Source: an uncultured Coriobacteriia bacterium (GTDB taxonomy: Bacteria; Actinomycetota; Coriobacteriia; Anaerosomatales; PHET01). Taken from it: a stretch of 64,000 bases of DNA. A program made the translations under genes and the position numbers. The stretch is from the NCBI GenBank assembly GCA_963751505.1, contig CAVVUM010000008.1:31475-95474 (forward strand), written 5' to 3'. Positions 21,184-35,164 of this stretch are shown in pieces. The notes under the pieces are model-generated. The model worked only from the letters and a program-made list of their open reading frames with translations. It was not told the DNA's origin and ran no database searches. How positions within the stretch are numbered: position 1 is the first letter of the stretch; each line of letters opens with the position of its first letter.

Positions 21184-21415
21184 CGACTACCTCCCTGTTC
21201 GCAAACCCACCCTTTGCGCACAGACTCCGACCTTCGGGCGGTGGATCGCGCGCTCCAAGCAGTATCAAGATACACGTTTGATGCGTGAAGTCTGCATAGG
21301 GTGAATGGGCAGCCGCACTCGGTGAGCGGTCGCTGACGTCGATCTACCCGGCCTGAGCCGACCCCGCGCGACGCGACGCGGTGCGCCAACGAGGATTCGC
21401 GCTATCCTAGGCGGC

Positions 21416-22663
21416 ATGCGTGACCGCCGCCTCGCCATCATCTTCGCTGTCGTCCTCGTCGACATGCTGTCGTTCAGCATCGTCTTGCCACTGCTGCCCT
21501 ATCTGGCCGGCGAACTGGGTGCGACCCCCTTCCAGATCGGGCTTCTCGCCGCGATGTATCCGATCTTCCAGTTCATCGGCGCGCCCATCCTCGGCCGGCT
21601 CTCCGATCGCTTCGGTCGCAAGCCGATCCTGCTCATCAGCATCGCCGGAACCGTGCTCGGGTTCATCGTGCTCGCCACCGCGCACTCGCTGTGGATCCTC
21701 TTCCTCAGCCGCGCGCTCGACGGCATCACCGGCGGCAACATCAGCGTCGCGCAGGCCTACATCTCCGATGTGACCAAGCCCGAGGAGCGCGGCAAGGCGC
21801 TCGGTATGATCGGCGCCGCCTTCGGGCTCGGCTTCATTCTCGGCCCCATCACCGGGGGTCTGCTCTCCGGCATCAGCTACACCGCCCCTGCCTGGCTCGG
21901 CGCCGCGCTGGCGCTGGCGAATCTCGCGCTTGTAGCCGTGCTGCTCCCGGAGTCGCTCACCGCCGAGGACAAGGCGCGGCTCGCCGCTCGGCCGAAACGC
22001 GGCCTCAGCCTGACCGCGTTCGGCGAAGCGCTCCGTCACAAGCGAGTGGGTCCGCTGCTCTCTATCCGCGTGCTCATCGGGCTGAGCTTCGGCATCTTCG
22101 AGAGCGGCTTTGCGCTCTGGGCGATCGCAGCCCTCGGGCTAGGTGCGCGCACCAACTCGTTCGTGCTCGCCTACGTGGGCATACTCTCGGTCTTCATCCA
22201 GGCTTTCTTGATCGGCAAGCTCACGGCTCGATGGGGCGATGATGGTCTCCTGCTCACGTCCCTGACAGTCGCGGCGGTTGCACTGACTGCGTGGGGGTTC
22301 GTGGCCAAGCTCCCACTGCTCATCGTGCTGATGCCTGCGATCTCGTTCGGCCTCGCCGTGAGTAACACCATCTCGACGAGCGCGCTCACCAAGGCGGTTC
22401 ACCACGACGAGGTGGGCGGCATCCTCGGTGTCAGCACGTCCATTCAGGCCGCCACCCGAATCCCCGCGCCGATCATCGCAGGCGCCCTCATCGACTACAC
22501 GTTCGTCTGGACACCCGGCGTGACCGCGGGAGTGATCGCCGCCGTGGCCGCGATCTTCGCCGGCTTCACGCTCTGCTGGAGGCCGGGCGCGAAGGCGTGT
22601 GCCGAGGACGAGGCGCTGCTGGGAGCGCCGCGCCAGTCTGCCGCTGGAGAGACCGCGGAGTAG
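21416..22663 (+). CDS. MFS transporter, DHA1 (TetA-like) family
   Basis: Intact 415-aa ORF. Motif A-like 'GRLSDRFGRKPILL' and 'LSRALDGITGGNISVAQAYISD' are present. Confidence 0.85.
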   Translation: MRDRRLAIIFAVVLVDMLSFSIVLPLLPYLAGELGATPFQIGLLAAMYPIFQFIGAPILGRLSDRFGRKPILLISIAGTVLGFIVLATAHSLWILFLSRALDGITGGNISVAQAYISDVTKPEERGKALGMIGAAFGLGFILGPITGGLLSGISYTAPAWLGAALALANLALVAVLLPESLTAEDKARLAARPKRGLSLTAFGEALRHKRVGPLLSIRVLIGLSFGIFESGFALWAIAALGLGARTNSFVLAYVGILSVFIQAFLIGKLTARWGDDGLLLTSLTVAAVALTAWGFVAKLPLLIVLMPAISFGLAVSNTISTSALTKAVHHDEVGGILGVSTSIQAATRIPAPIIAGALIDYTFVWTPGVTAGVIAAVAAIFAGFTLCWRPGAKACAEDEALLGAPRQSAAGETAE

Positions 22664-22761
22664 ACGGGCCAGCCACCGCCGGCTCCGGCACGATCCCCAT
22701 CCGAGAGACAAGAAGGCCCGGGCGCACCCGGGCCTTCTGCGTACGGCTGCCTGCTCGGCGA

Positions 22762-23845
22762 TCAGTAGCCGGACTCGGACTCGACCGACACCGGCTCGAT
22801 GCGGCCGGCGAACGTCTTGTAGATGAGGAAGAAGTAGAAGAGCACGAGCGGCACGCCGATTCCCGCGATGATGAGCATCACCGTGAGTGTCAGGTCCGAC
22901 GATGACGAGTTCGCCACCGTGAGCCCGCCCTCGGCGACCCGCGTCGCCGGACCGGCCGTCCAGCCCTTCTCGGACACCGTGGGCACCAGGTAGGGGTAGA
23001 TCGAGGTCGCCCAGATGCCCACCATGCCGACCACCGCGAGGGCGCTGCCGTAGAAAGCCGAGAGGTCCGCACCGCGACCCCTCGCCACCCACGCCATGAT
23101 CGCGCCCGCGATCACGAGCACCACGAACAGCCAGCCGACCGGGCTTCCGGTGACCTTCGCGAACGCGTCGGGAACGAGCAGCGCTGTCGCGGCTGTGGCA
23201 AGCGCGAACACCAGCCCGAACAACACGGTCATCGTGCGGTGCGTGCGAACGGCGCGATCGTGCAGATCGCCCAGCGTCTTCAGCGACAACCACGATGCGC
23301 CGTGCCAGATGATCCACACGAGGCCGAGTACGCCGATGACGAGCGAGAACGGGTTGAGCGCTACAAGCAGATTGCCGAGGAACACCGGCTCGCCGCCGCC
23401 CGCGATGAACTCGCCGCCGGTCAGCGGCACGCCGCGGATGATGTTGCCCACCGCGACGCCGAACAGCAGCGCTGGCAGCGCACTCCCCACGAAGAACGCC
23501 CCGTCCCAGAACTTCGCCCACGCCGGGTCGGAGTGCCGGAACTCGAGCGAGGCGGCACGAAAGATAAGTGCGAACAGGAGCAGCATCAGCGCGAGGTAGA
23601 AGCCCGAGAAGACGGTCGCGTAGACAGGCGGGAAGGCGGCGAACAGTGCGCCGCCAGCGGTAAGCAGCCACACCTCGTTGCCGTCCCAGACCGGGCCCCA
23701 CTGAGCGGCGCATGATCGCCTTGTCCTGCTCGGACTTGCCAAGGAACGGGTAGAGGGTGCCGATGCCAAAGTCGAAGCCGTCGAAGATGGCGTAGCCGAT
23801 GAACAGAACGCCGATCAGCAAGAACCAGATGTTGGCGAGATTCAC
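22762..23845 (-). CDS. cydB: cytochrome bd oxidase subunit II (one frame break near 23710)
   Basis: N-terminus 'VNLANIWFLLIGVLFIGYAIFDGFDFGIGTLYPFLGK' is in one frame. 'WGPVWDGNEVWLLTAGGALFAAFP..' continues in ORF 22762..23769. GTG 23843..23845 abuts the cydA stop. Confidence 0.85.
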
Positions 23846-25180
23846 CTACTCCACCCCCTCAGACGAGAGAACCGGCCCCTGCTTGATGAACTTGATGACC
23901 ACCCGCGCCCACGCCACGTACACGATCGTGTAGAAGACGACGAACAGCACGAGGGTGGTCATGACCTCGGCGGCCGGCACTGCCTTCGAGATCGCGTCGA
24001 CCGTGCGCAACTCCTGCCACACGATCCACGGCTGCCGCCCGACCTCAGCGGTCACCCAGCCGAGCTGGATCGCGAGCATGGGCAACAGCGGCGTCCACAT
24101 GAGAAGCGTCTGCATGCCGCGCGACTTCTCCACGCGGCCACTGCGGTTGAGCCACCACAGCACCGCGAGGAGCGCGAGCATCGCGCCCCAGAGCAGCACC
24201 ATGATGTGATAGCTCTGATAGGTAGTTGGAGCGGCGGCCTGTCCTCGGGAGCGAAGTTGTTGAGCCCGGGGTAGGCCTTGGTCCGCGAGAAGTCGCCGGC
24301 GAGCATGTTGACGCCGCCGGGAATCTCGAGTGCCACAGTGCGGCCGTTAGCCTCGTCAATGAAGCCGATGATGCCAAGCGGGATGGGCCCCTCGTCCCAA
24401 TGGCCCTCCATCGCCGCGATCTTGCTCGGCTGGTTCTCGACCACCGAGACCGCCTGCCAGTGCCCCGCGGGCAGCATGAGCACGGTCGTGACACCGCGCG
24501 ATCAGGATGCCGGTGGCCATCGTCTTGCGGGCGAAATCGAGATGCTCTCCGCGGCGGAAGTAGTACGCCGCCATGCCGATCGCGACGAACCCGCCGGCCA
24601 TCAGCACCGCGTCGATGGTGTGGACGTAGCGCGGCAGCGTCGACGGGTTGAACGCGGCGGCGAAGAAGTTCGTGAGCTGGGCCTTGGTGCCGGTCTCTGT
24701 CTCCACGATCTTGTAGCCGGCCGGCGTCTGCATCCACGAGTTCGCGATGATGATCCAGAGGGCCGAGAGCATCGAGCCGAACCACACCAGCCAGGTCGAC
24801 ACGTAGTAGAACCGCTTGGACACCCGGCCGCGGCCGAAGAGCAGCACCGCAAGGAACGTCGACTCGAGGAAGAAGGCGAACAGGCCCTCTGCCGCGAGCG
24901 GCGCGCCGAAGATGTCGCCGACGAACCGCGAGTAGGTCGCCCAGTTGGTGCCGAAGGCGAACTCCATCGCGATCCCCGTGGCGACCCCCACCGCGAAGGT
25001 GGCCGTGAACAGCTTGATCCAGAAGTCGGACGCTGCTCGGTCCTCCTCCGCGCCGCTCCTGTAGTACCTGCGCTCGGCCAGAACCACGATGAGGCCGACG
25101 CCGATCGACAGCGGTACGAACAGGAAGTGGTAGATGATCGTCACCGCGAACTGGAGCTTCGACAGCGCAACGATATCCAT
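23846..25180 (-). CDS. cydA: cytochrome bd oxidase subunit I (two frame breaks)
   Basis: 'MDIVALSKLQFAVTIIYHFLFVPLSIGVGL' (ORF 24356..25180). 'QPSKIAAMEGHW' (ORF 24052..24483). 'GWVTAEVGRQPWIVW' (ORF 23846..24202). Confidence 0.85.
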
Positions 25181-25297
25181 CCCCTCACCTCACCTTCCCC
25201 TCGTCTCCAGGCAAGACATGCGAGGTCTTGCCGCCAGATTACTCCTTCGAGAGCGCACCGCCGCCGCATCGAGCCCTGCAGCCGGCCGAGTGTAATG

Positions 25298-28026
<2,729 letters not shown>

Positions 28027-28078
28027 CTGATGACTCCTTCTCGCACGATCGCCGAGAGAGGAGCCTCGCGGGCGGGAG

Positions 28079-28473
28079 CTACTTCTGCTTCTCCCAGACG
28101 CCGTCCTTCTCGACAAACACGTAGCGCTTGAACTCGGTCGGACCGGTGGCCACGCGCCACGTTGATCATCTTCATGTTCTGTCCGGCCCACGAGATGCTG
28201 ACGCGCTTGGCGTCCTTGATCTTGAGGATCGTCATGATCTGGTCCCGGAGCTCCTGAGGAATCGGGGCCGCCCCAGTGATGTCCGGCTGAGCGGTCGACG
28301 TCAAAGACGAGAGCGACGGGTAGGTCGGCGCAGGCTTCGGCTGCAACGCGGGAAGCAGCAGCGCACACTGGGACCGCGATCGCCACGATGATCGCAACGA
28401 GCCCGACCCAGAACACCCAGCCGGCGTCCTCGATCCACTCCACCACTCTGTCCAGTCTGTCGCGCAGGTCCAT
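28079..28473 (-). CDS. hypothetical N-terminally membrane-anchored small protein (frame-broken)
   Basis: 'MDLRDRLDRVVEWIEDAGWVFWVGLVAIIVAIAV', '..PDITGAAPIPQELRDQIMTILKIKDAKRVSISWAGQNMKMINV..' and the GC3-rich tail 'ATGPTEFKRYVFVEKDGVWEKQK*' (stop 28079..28081) are pieced from three frames. Confidence 0.4.
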
Positions 28474-28603
28474 CGGGTCTTCCCTCACTCTGTCGTTTCG
28501 CATGACTGCGCGGGTCGCCAGGAGCGCAGGCGGCCCGCGTGACGGTCCCTCGGTACACTCGGTCGACTAGCGCACTTCGTGCCGAGATTGCCGAACCACG
28601 GGA

Positions 28604-28632
28604 AGTATCGGCGGCAGCGACTGACGATTCAA
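28604..28632 (-). promoter_or_regulatory. candidate promoter for the small-membrane-protein/clpB unit
   Basis: The minus strand reads TTGAAT (28627..28632), a 17-nt spacer, then GATACT (28604..28609). It lies in the hspR-to-next-gene spacer. Confidence 0.3.
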
Positions 28633-28677
28633 CTCCGTGGCTCGCTACATGAGCGCCGCGTGACATTCTACACACCT

Positions 28678-29068
28678 CTAGCCCTGGCGCGGGACGACGC
28701 TGCCGCCCTGGACCCGCACGAGCGCCGTTCGCACGTGTCGCGCCTGTTGGGCCGCGAGCCGCGTGCTCCGCCTGACGCAGCCTGCGGTGAGCGAGTTCGA
28801 GCTCGGCTCGCAGACGCTCGATCTCCCGCTGCATGTCCATGATGCGGGTGACGCCGGCGAGGTTGATGCCCTCAGCCTGCGTGAGGTGCTGGATGAGCTG
28901 CAACCGCTCGATGTCGGCTTCGGAGTACAGGCGCGTGTTGCCGCCCGAGCGCTGCGGGCAGATCAGCTCCTTGCGCTCGTAGATGCGCAGCGTCTGCGGG
29001 TGCACGCCAGTGAGCTCGGCGGCCACGCTGATCATGTAGAGCGGTCTGTCTCTGCCGGTTCGCCTCAT
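28678..29068 (-). CDS. hspR: MerR-family heat-shock repressor HspR (C-terminus in another frame)
   Basis: 'RPLYMISVAAELTGVHPQTLRIYERKELICPQRSGGNTRLYSEADIERLQLIQHLTQAEGINLAGV'. AAGGAG precedes ATG 29068. The likely tail is 'RLAAQQARHVRTALVRVQGGSVVPRQG*'. Confidence 0.8.
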
Positions 29069-29100
29069 CGCTCGCTCCTTAAGACTCTCGCGCATGGCGC

Positions 29101-30192
29101 TCACCGTCGCAGGTGAGCACGCACGTCCTCGCTCGCTGTCTCGCTCAGCTCGCTCAGCAGCTCGCGCTGCCGGTCGGTGAGCTCTGTCGGCACGACCACG
29201 CGGACCTTCACCTTGAGGTCGCCGGAGGCCGAACCCTTCAGCTTCGGCGCGCCCTTGCCGGCGATCCGGAAGGTCTTGCCGGTCTGGGTGCCGGGCGGCA
29301 CCTTGAGCTTCACGCGCTCGCCGCCGGGCGCAGGCACTTGGATGTCGGCGCCGAGCGCGGCCTCCGAGATCGTGAGCGGCAGCTCGATCACCACGTCGGC
29401 TCCGTGCCGGCGGAAGTACGCGTGCGGCTTGATGCGCGTCACGACGTACAGGTCGCCGGCGGGACCACCGTTCACGCCTGCCTCGCCCTTGCCCTTGAAC
29501 CGCAGCTTCCCGCCATCGGTCGCGCCGGCCGGAACGTTGACGGTGACCGGCTTCAGGCGAACGACACTGCCAGCCCCGCGACACGACGGACACGGGTTCT
29601 CGATGACCTGCCCCGTGCCGTTGCAGCGCGGGCAAGGGCGGGCGAAGCCGAACATGCCTTGCCCTTCCGAGACCGAGCCGGACCCGCCGCAGGTCGGACA
29701 CGTCACCGGTGCCGTCCCGGCCTTCGCGCCCGTGCCCTTGCACGCGTCGCACGTCTCGGCCCGCTCGAGCTGCACCTGCATCGACGTGCCCGCGAACGCC
29801 TGCTCGAACGTGAGCTCGACGTCGACCTGCACGTCACGACCTCGGTGCGGCTGCGGCGCAGCCGAGCGCCTCGAGCCGAACAGGTCGCCGAACAGGTCGC
29901 CCAGGTCCACGCCACCGACTCCGCCAGGGGCGCCGGCGGCCCAGCCGGGCGGCGCGCCTCCTCCGGGTGGTACCCCGCCCGCGAAGTACTGCCCGTACTG
30001 GTCGTACTGCTCGCGCTTCTCGGAATCGGAGAGGACCTCGTAGGCCTCGTTGATCTCCTTGAACTTCTCTTCGCTGCCGCCCGCATCGGGGTGGTGCTTG
30101 CGCGCAAGCCTGCGAAACGCCTTCTTGATGTCGTCGGGCGAAGCGTCCTTCTTCACGCCGAGGGTGTCGTAGTAGTTGGATGTAGGCGCCAT
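29101..30192 (-). CDS. dnaJ: molecular chaperone DnaJ
   Basis: Intact 363 aa. J-domain '[30 protein letters not shown]', a G-rich linker and four CxxCxGxG zinc motifs. Confidence 0.95.
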   Translation of the reverse strand: MAPTSNYYDTLGVKKDASPDDIKKAFRRLARKHHPDAGGSEEKFKEINEAYEVLSDSEKREQYDQYGQYFAGGVPPGGGAPPGWAAGAPGGVGGVDLGDLFGDLFGSRRSAAPQPHRGRDVQVDVELTFEQAFAGTSMQVQLERAETCDACKGTGAKAGTAPVTCPTCGGSGSVSEGQGMFGFARPCPRCNGTGQVIENPCPSCRGAGSVVRLKPVTVNVPAGATDGGKLRFKGKGEAGVNGGPAGDLYVVTRIKPHAYFRRHGADVVIELPLTISEAALGADIQVPAPGGERVKLKVPPGTQTGKTFRIAGKGAPKLKGSASGDLKVKVRVVVPTELTDRQRELLSELSETASEDVRAHLRR

Positions 30193-30217
30193 GGTGCTCG
30201 CCCCTCCCAGTCCCTAC

Positions 30218-30846
30218 CTACGACTCGGTCGTCGACACGACGACCATCGCCGGGCGCAGCACGCGCCCGTGCATCTCGTAGCCCTTCTGGAACACCGCGA
30301 CCACGGTGTGGTCGGGCACCTCAGCGTCGGGCTGCATCTGCACCGCGTGGTGCTTGTCGGCATCGAAGGGTGCGCCGAGGGGGTCGATCTGCGCGACCCC
30401 CTCCTTCGCGAGCACGCCAGCAACTTGCGCTGGACGGCAAGCATGCCCTCGGCGAGCTCGGGACTCTGCTCGGCGACGTGATCGACGCCTCGCTCGAGAT
30501 CGTCGATCACCGGCAGCAGCTCGGCCACGATGCGCTCGCCGGTGCGCAGCAGCGCATCGGCATGGCGCATCTCGAGGCGCTTGCGCGCGTTCTCGAAGTC
30601 CGCCTGCGCGCGCAGCGCCTTGTCGCGCCACTCCGCGGCCTCCGCCTGCGCCTGCTCGAGCGCAGCATCCAGCTGGTCTCCGCGCAGCCCGAACTCCGGC
30701 CCCAAGTCCTCTTCCAGCTCAGGATCTATCGCGGGGACGGGTTCGCCCGCGGGGTCCCCGAAGGGAGCCTCCGCAGGGCGATCTTCCCGAGGACCGCGAC
30801 CGGAGGGGGCGCCGTGGGCGGAGCCGTGTGCCTCGCGTGCGGTCAT
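30218..30846 (-). CDS. grpE: nucleotide exchange factor GrpE (frame break near 30425)
   Basis: 'WRDKALRAQADFENARKRLEMRHADAL..LLPVIDDLERG' (ORF 30214..30846). 'EGVAQIDPLGAPFDADKHHAVQMQ..VVAVFQKGYEMHGRVLRPAMVVVS' (ORF 30218..30631). Confidence 0.9.
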
Positions 30847-30848
30847 GG

Positions 30849-32763
30849 CTACTTCTCCTCGTCGTCAACGACCTCGTAGTCGGCCTCGACGACGTCCTCG
30901 TCGGACTTCTCGCCGGCACTCGGCCTCCGGGGCTGCGGCGGCTGCCTGCTCGGCCTGTGCCTGCTGGTAGGCGACCTCGCCGACCTTCAGCGACGCCTCG
31001 CCAAGCTTCTCGGCAGCGGCCTTGATCGCCTCGACGTCGGTTCCCTCGAGCGCCTTCTTGGTCGCCTCGAGCTCGGTCTCCACCGCGGACTTCACGTCTG
31101 CCGGGACCTTGTCGCCCATGTCCTTGAGGACCTTCTCGGTCTGGTAGATGAGGCTGTCGGCGCCGTTGCGGACCTCGACTTCCTCTTTGCGCTTGAGGTC
31201 CTCATCGGCGTGGCTCTCCGCGTCGGTGACCATGCGGTCGACTTCTTCGTCGGAGAGCGCCGTTGAACCGCTGATCGTGATCTTCTGCTCCTGGCCGGTG
31301 CCGAGGTCCTTGGCCGAGACGTTCACGATGCCGTTGGCGTCGATGTCGAAGGCGACCTCGATCTGAGGCATGCCGCGCGGGGCCGGCGGGATGTTCATCA
31401 GGTGGAACTTGCCGAGCGTCTTGTTGTAGCTCGCCATCTCGCGCTCGCCCTGCAGCACGTGTACCTCGACCGAGGTCTGGCCGTCGGCCGCGGTGGTGAA
31501 GATCTCGCTCTTGCGCGTCGGGATCGTGGTGTTGCGCTCGATGAGCTTGGTCATGACGCCGCCGAGCGTCTCGACGCCGAGCGCAAGCGGCGTGACGTCG
31601 AGAAGCAGGATGCCCTCCTGGCCGAAGTCGCCCGCGAGCACGCCGCCCTGGATGGCCGCGCCGACGGCGACGACCTCGTCGGGGTTCACGCCCATGTGCG
31701 GGTCCTTGCCGGTGATCTTCTTGACCGCGTCCTGCACGGCAGGCATGCGGGTGGAGCCGCCGACGAGGATCACCTCGTCGATCTCGCTCGCCTTGAGCCC
31801 GGCGTCCTTGATCGCCTGCTCGACCGGCTTCTTGGTGCGGTCGAGCAGGTCGCTCGTGACCTTCTCGAACTCCGCGCGCGTGAGCGGGTAGTCGAGGTGC
31901 TTGGGGCCGGAGGCATCGGCGGTGATGAACGGCAGGTTGATCTGGGTCGTCTGCGCCGTCGACAGCTCCATCTTGGCCTTCTCGGCGGCCTCCTTGAGCC
32001 GCTGGAGCGCCATCTTGTCGGCTCGCAGGTCGATGCCGGTGTCGCCCTTGAACTTGTCGGCCAGCCAGTCGATCACGCGCTGGTCCCAGTCGTCACCGCC
32101 GAGGTGGTTGTCGCCGCTCGTGGAGCGGACCTCGACCACGTTGTCGCCGAGCTCGAGCACCGACACGTCGAACGTGCCGCCGCCGAGGTCGAAGACGAGG
32201 ACGGTGTGCTCCTGGTGGCTCTTGTCGAGCCCGTAGGCCAGCGCGGCCGCAGTGGGCTCGTTGATGATGCGAAGCACCTCGAGGCCGGCGATCTTGCCGG
32301 CGTCCTTGGTGGCCTGTCGCTGCATGTCGTTGAAGTACGCGGGAACGGTGATGACCGCCTGGGTGACCGTCTCGCCGAGGTACTTCTCGGCGTCGGCCTT
32401 GAGCTTCTGCAGGACCATCGCCGAGATCTCCTCGGGCGTGTAGTCCTTGCCCTCGATCTCGACGGACGCGCGCCCGTCCTTGCCCTTCACGACTTCGAAC
32501 GCGACGGTCTTGCGCTCGCTCTCGGTCTCCTCGAACTTGCGACCGACGAAACGCTTGATTGACTTGATGGTGTTCTCGGGGTTGGTGACCGCCTGGTTCT
32601 TGGCGGCCTTGCCGACGACGCGCTCCCCGTCCTTGCGGAACGCGACGACCGACGGAGTGGTGCGATCGCCCTCGGCGTTGATGATGATGGCGGGCTCGCC
32701 ACCCTCCATGACCGCCATCGCCGAGTTGGTCGTACCGAGGTCGATGCCGATGACCTTGCCCAT
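30849..32763 (-). CDS. dnaK: molecular chaperone DnaK (C-terminal tail in another frame)
   Basis: '[18 protein letters not shown]..', '[13 protein letters not shown]'. The true tail '[20 protein letters not shown]' has its stop at 30849..30851. Confidence 0.95.
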
Positions 32764-32868
32764 GACGACTGTTCCTCCTTCTCGTAGACGCGCTCTATCG
32801 CGCGCCGCTCGTGACTGTTTCGAGGCACTCGGGCATGGTTTCGATCCTGCCGCGGAGTGTCCGGATTC

Positions 32869-32899
32869 GCATTGTAGGATATGACAATGCCATTATCAA
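32869..32899 (-). promoter_or_regulatory. candidate dnaK-operon promoter with overlapping inverted repeat (possible repressor operator)
   Basis: The minus strand reads TTGATA (32894..32899), a 17-nt spacer, then TACAAT (32871..32876). A perfect inverted repeat GCATTGT-N8-ACAATGC (32869..32890) covers the spacer and the -10 box. The region is a locally AT-rich island. Confidence 0.45.
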
Positions 32900-32992
32900 G
32901 TTTCGTATCAATGGCCAACTGATTGTTACCCCGGACGGCTGTCCTCGCTAAACAGCAGGTGGGCATCGGTGCGCCTCGGCACATCAAGGGTC

Positions 32993-33021
32993 TTTACACG
33001 CCCGCAAGGGGTGGGTATGGT
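32993..33021 (+). promoter_or_regulatory. candidate promoter of the ferredoxin gene
   Basis: TTTACA (32993..32998), a 17-nt spacer, then TATGGT (33016..33021). Confidence 0.3.
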
Positions 33022-33082
33022 ACGCACGAAAAACGACGGCATCGCCCGCACGAGACAGCAGCGCGCACCTAGAGGAGAGCCC

Positions 33083-33271
33083 ATGCCCCGCCCCATCATC
33101 AGTCAGGACGACTGCTCGGCCTGCGGCATCTGCGTCGACGCGTGCCCGAACGGCGTGCTCGAGATCGTGAGCGACGCCGCCGAACCCGTTCACGAGGACA
33201 ACTGCGACGGCTGCGCGACGTGCATGGAAGAGTGCCCGATGGGCGCGATCACCGAGATCGAAGAGGACTAG
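33083..33271 (+). CDS. small 4Fe-4S ferredoxin
   Basis: 'CSACGICVDACP' and 'CDGCATCMEECP'. AGAGGAGAG precedes ATG 33083. Confidence 0.8.
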   Translation: MPRPIISQDDCSACGICVDACPNGVLEIVSDAAEPVHEDNCDGCATCMEECPMGAITEIEED

Positions 33272-33300
33272 GGGCACCCGCACCAAGCAGAGCACTCACC

Positions 33301-33330
33301 GAGGCGCCTGCGGGCGCCTCTTCTGCGCTT
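33301..33330 (+). terminator. hairpin terminator after the ferredoxin gene
   Basis: GAGGCGCC-TGCG-GGCGCCTC followed by TTCTGCGCTT. Confidence 0.5.
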
Positions 33331-33415
33331 CGGGACGGCAGCAATCGGAGTTGCCGATGTGTCAGAATCGCCGCAGACGCTGACGCCCTCGCCGAGCTGA
33401 GGTGATCGATCCGCC

Positions 33416-34663
33416 ATGTCCGCACGAGCCCGCACCTCCTACGGAACGGTGCTGGAGCGACCGGCCACGCGAAAATCTCTCGCGAGTGTGCGGCGCCAGC
33501 GGCGGCGGCGCTGGGCCGCGCTCGCGGTCGTGGCAGCGGTCACCGTCACTGCAGTCATTGCGGCTGCGTGGTGGTATCGGCCTGGGGGAATCGGGCGGCC
33601 ACTTCCCTTGCACAGCGACCACGCCCGGTCCGAGGAAGGCCGTGGCCGCCTCGCTGCCCGACCGACACGCTCGCGCAGGCCAGCTCGCCCGAGACGACGG
33701 CGGCCGAGGAAATCGTGATCGGGTGGGTCGGGGACGTGACCCCAGGCTCGAAGTACGGCAACCCTCCAGAAGAGGGGCGCGCCCTCTTCAAGTACACGCG
33801 CAAGTACACGCTCGAACCAGATGTCATGGTGGCCAATCTCGAGGGCACCTACGGCAAGGGCGGGACCTCCAAGTGCGCGGACCGAGACTCCTCGGTCTGC
33901 TACGCCTTCCAAGCGCCCCGCAGTACGCAGCTGCGTTGAAGTGGGCGGGATTCGACGTCGTGAACCTGGCGAACAACCACTCGCGCGACTACCTGGCGGC
34001 CGGGCTGAAGTCGACGCGCAAGGCGCTGCGGGAGAACAACGTCAGCTACACCGGCCTGAACGGCGTCACCGCCTACAGGACGGTCGACGGCGTTAGGGTC
34101 GCGTTCGTCGGCTTCTCTCCGTATAGCTGGAGCCCTTCGATCGGCGATCTCAAGCAAGCGAAGGCGCTCGTGCGCGATGCCGACCGTAAGGCCGACGTCG
34201 TCGTCGTGCTGATGCACGCCGGAGCCGAGGGTGCGGACAAGACGCACACACCGAAGGGCGCCGAGAGCGCGTTCGGCGAGTTCCGTGGCAACCCGAGAGC
34301 ATTCTCTCGCGCGGTCATCGACGCGGGGGCAGACCTCGTTCTCGGGTCCGGACCGCACGTGATCAGAGGTGTTGAGCGCTACCGCGGCAGGCTCATCGCC
34401 TACTCTCTGGGCAACTTCGCCGGCTGGAAGAACTTCAGTCGCAGCGGGAGACTCGCACTCTCCGGCATCCTCACGGTGCGCGTGGCGCGAGACGGGCGCG
34501 TTCTGGGGCAGATGGCGCTCGCTCCGCATCGTAGAGCCGGGCGTTCCCGAGCCTGACTCGAGCCAGGTGTCGCTCGAGTTGGTCAAGAAGCTATCGAAGG
34601 AAGACTTCAAGAGCACCGTGGATTTCGACAGCGACGGCACTTTCTGGATACAGAACGAAGTAG
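33416..34663 (+). CDS. CapA-family (metallophosphatase-like) membrane-anchored protein; frame-broken, 3' end uncertain
   Basis: TM anchor 'WAALAVVAAVTVTAVIAAAWW'. 'VIGWVGDVTPGS', 'MVANLEGTY', 'GFDVVNLANNHSRDY', 'VVVVLMHAGAEG' and 'DLVLGSGPHVIRGVERYRGRLIAYSLGNF' are present. Confidence 0.65.
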
Positions 34664-34708
34664 CTGGTCGAGCGGATCGGACCCTGGCAGCGTTTCGGAG
34701 GAACAGTT

Positions 34709-35149
34709 ATGGCAACCAAGGAGTCATTCAGCGCGGAAGAGTGGAAGGACCTGCAGTGGGCGGTGATGCTCGCTGGCTCGCACGTGACCGCCTCGGACTA
34801 CCCCGGCCTGTGGGACTCGTTCAAGGAGGCTGCGGGCGGTAGCCGTTTCCTGACCGGGATGCAGGTCAGTGACAATCAGCTTGTGGCCGAGCTGTGCAAG
34901 GACCAAGCGCGCAAGCGACCGCCGGACATCAAAGACCGAGCTGACCTCGCGAGCGATGTCACCCTCCGACGTATCCGCGATGCCGTCGCACTGGTAGCCG
35001 AGCGCGACCCGAGCGATGTCGAGGACTTCCGGTTGCTGCTGGTGGGCGTCGCCAGGGCAGTCGCCCAGGAGGTCGACGGGACCTCGGCCACCGAGTCTGA
35101 GGCCGTCGAGCGAGTCAGACAAGCGGCCTCGGGGGACGCAGCCAGCTGA
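34709..35149 (+). CDS. hypothetical protein
   Basis: Intact 146-aa ORF with a GGAGGAA RBS and GC3-rich codons. No family is recognised. Confidence 0.5.
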   Translation: MATKESFSAEEWKDLQWAVMLAGSHVTASDYPGLWDSFKEAAGGSRFLTGMQVSDNQLVAELCKDQARKRPPDIKDRADLASDVTLRRIRDAVALVAERDPSDVEDFRLLLVGVARAVAQEVDGTSATESEAVERVRQAASGDAAS

Positions 35150-35164
35150 GCGGTTCACCTGCTG

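Noticed and set aside
22139-23845. 568-aa minus-strand ORF spanning the cydB start and running into the MFS gene region.
   Set aside because: Only its first ~45 residues ('MNLANIWFLLIGVLFIGYAIFDGFDFGIGTLYPFLGK') are real cydB. The rest is out-of-frame read-through that stays open because of the GC content.
32764-32990. HAIR (CTTGAGT-N7-ACTCAAG) or CIRCE operator upstream of dnaK.
   Set aside because: Neither consensus is present on either strand. Only the different palindrome reported in the findings was seen.
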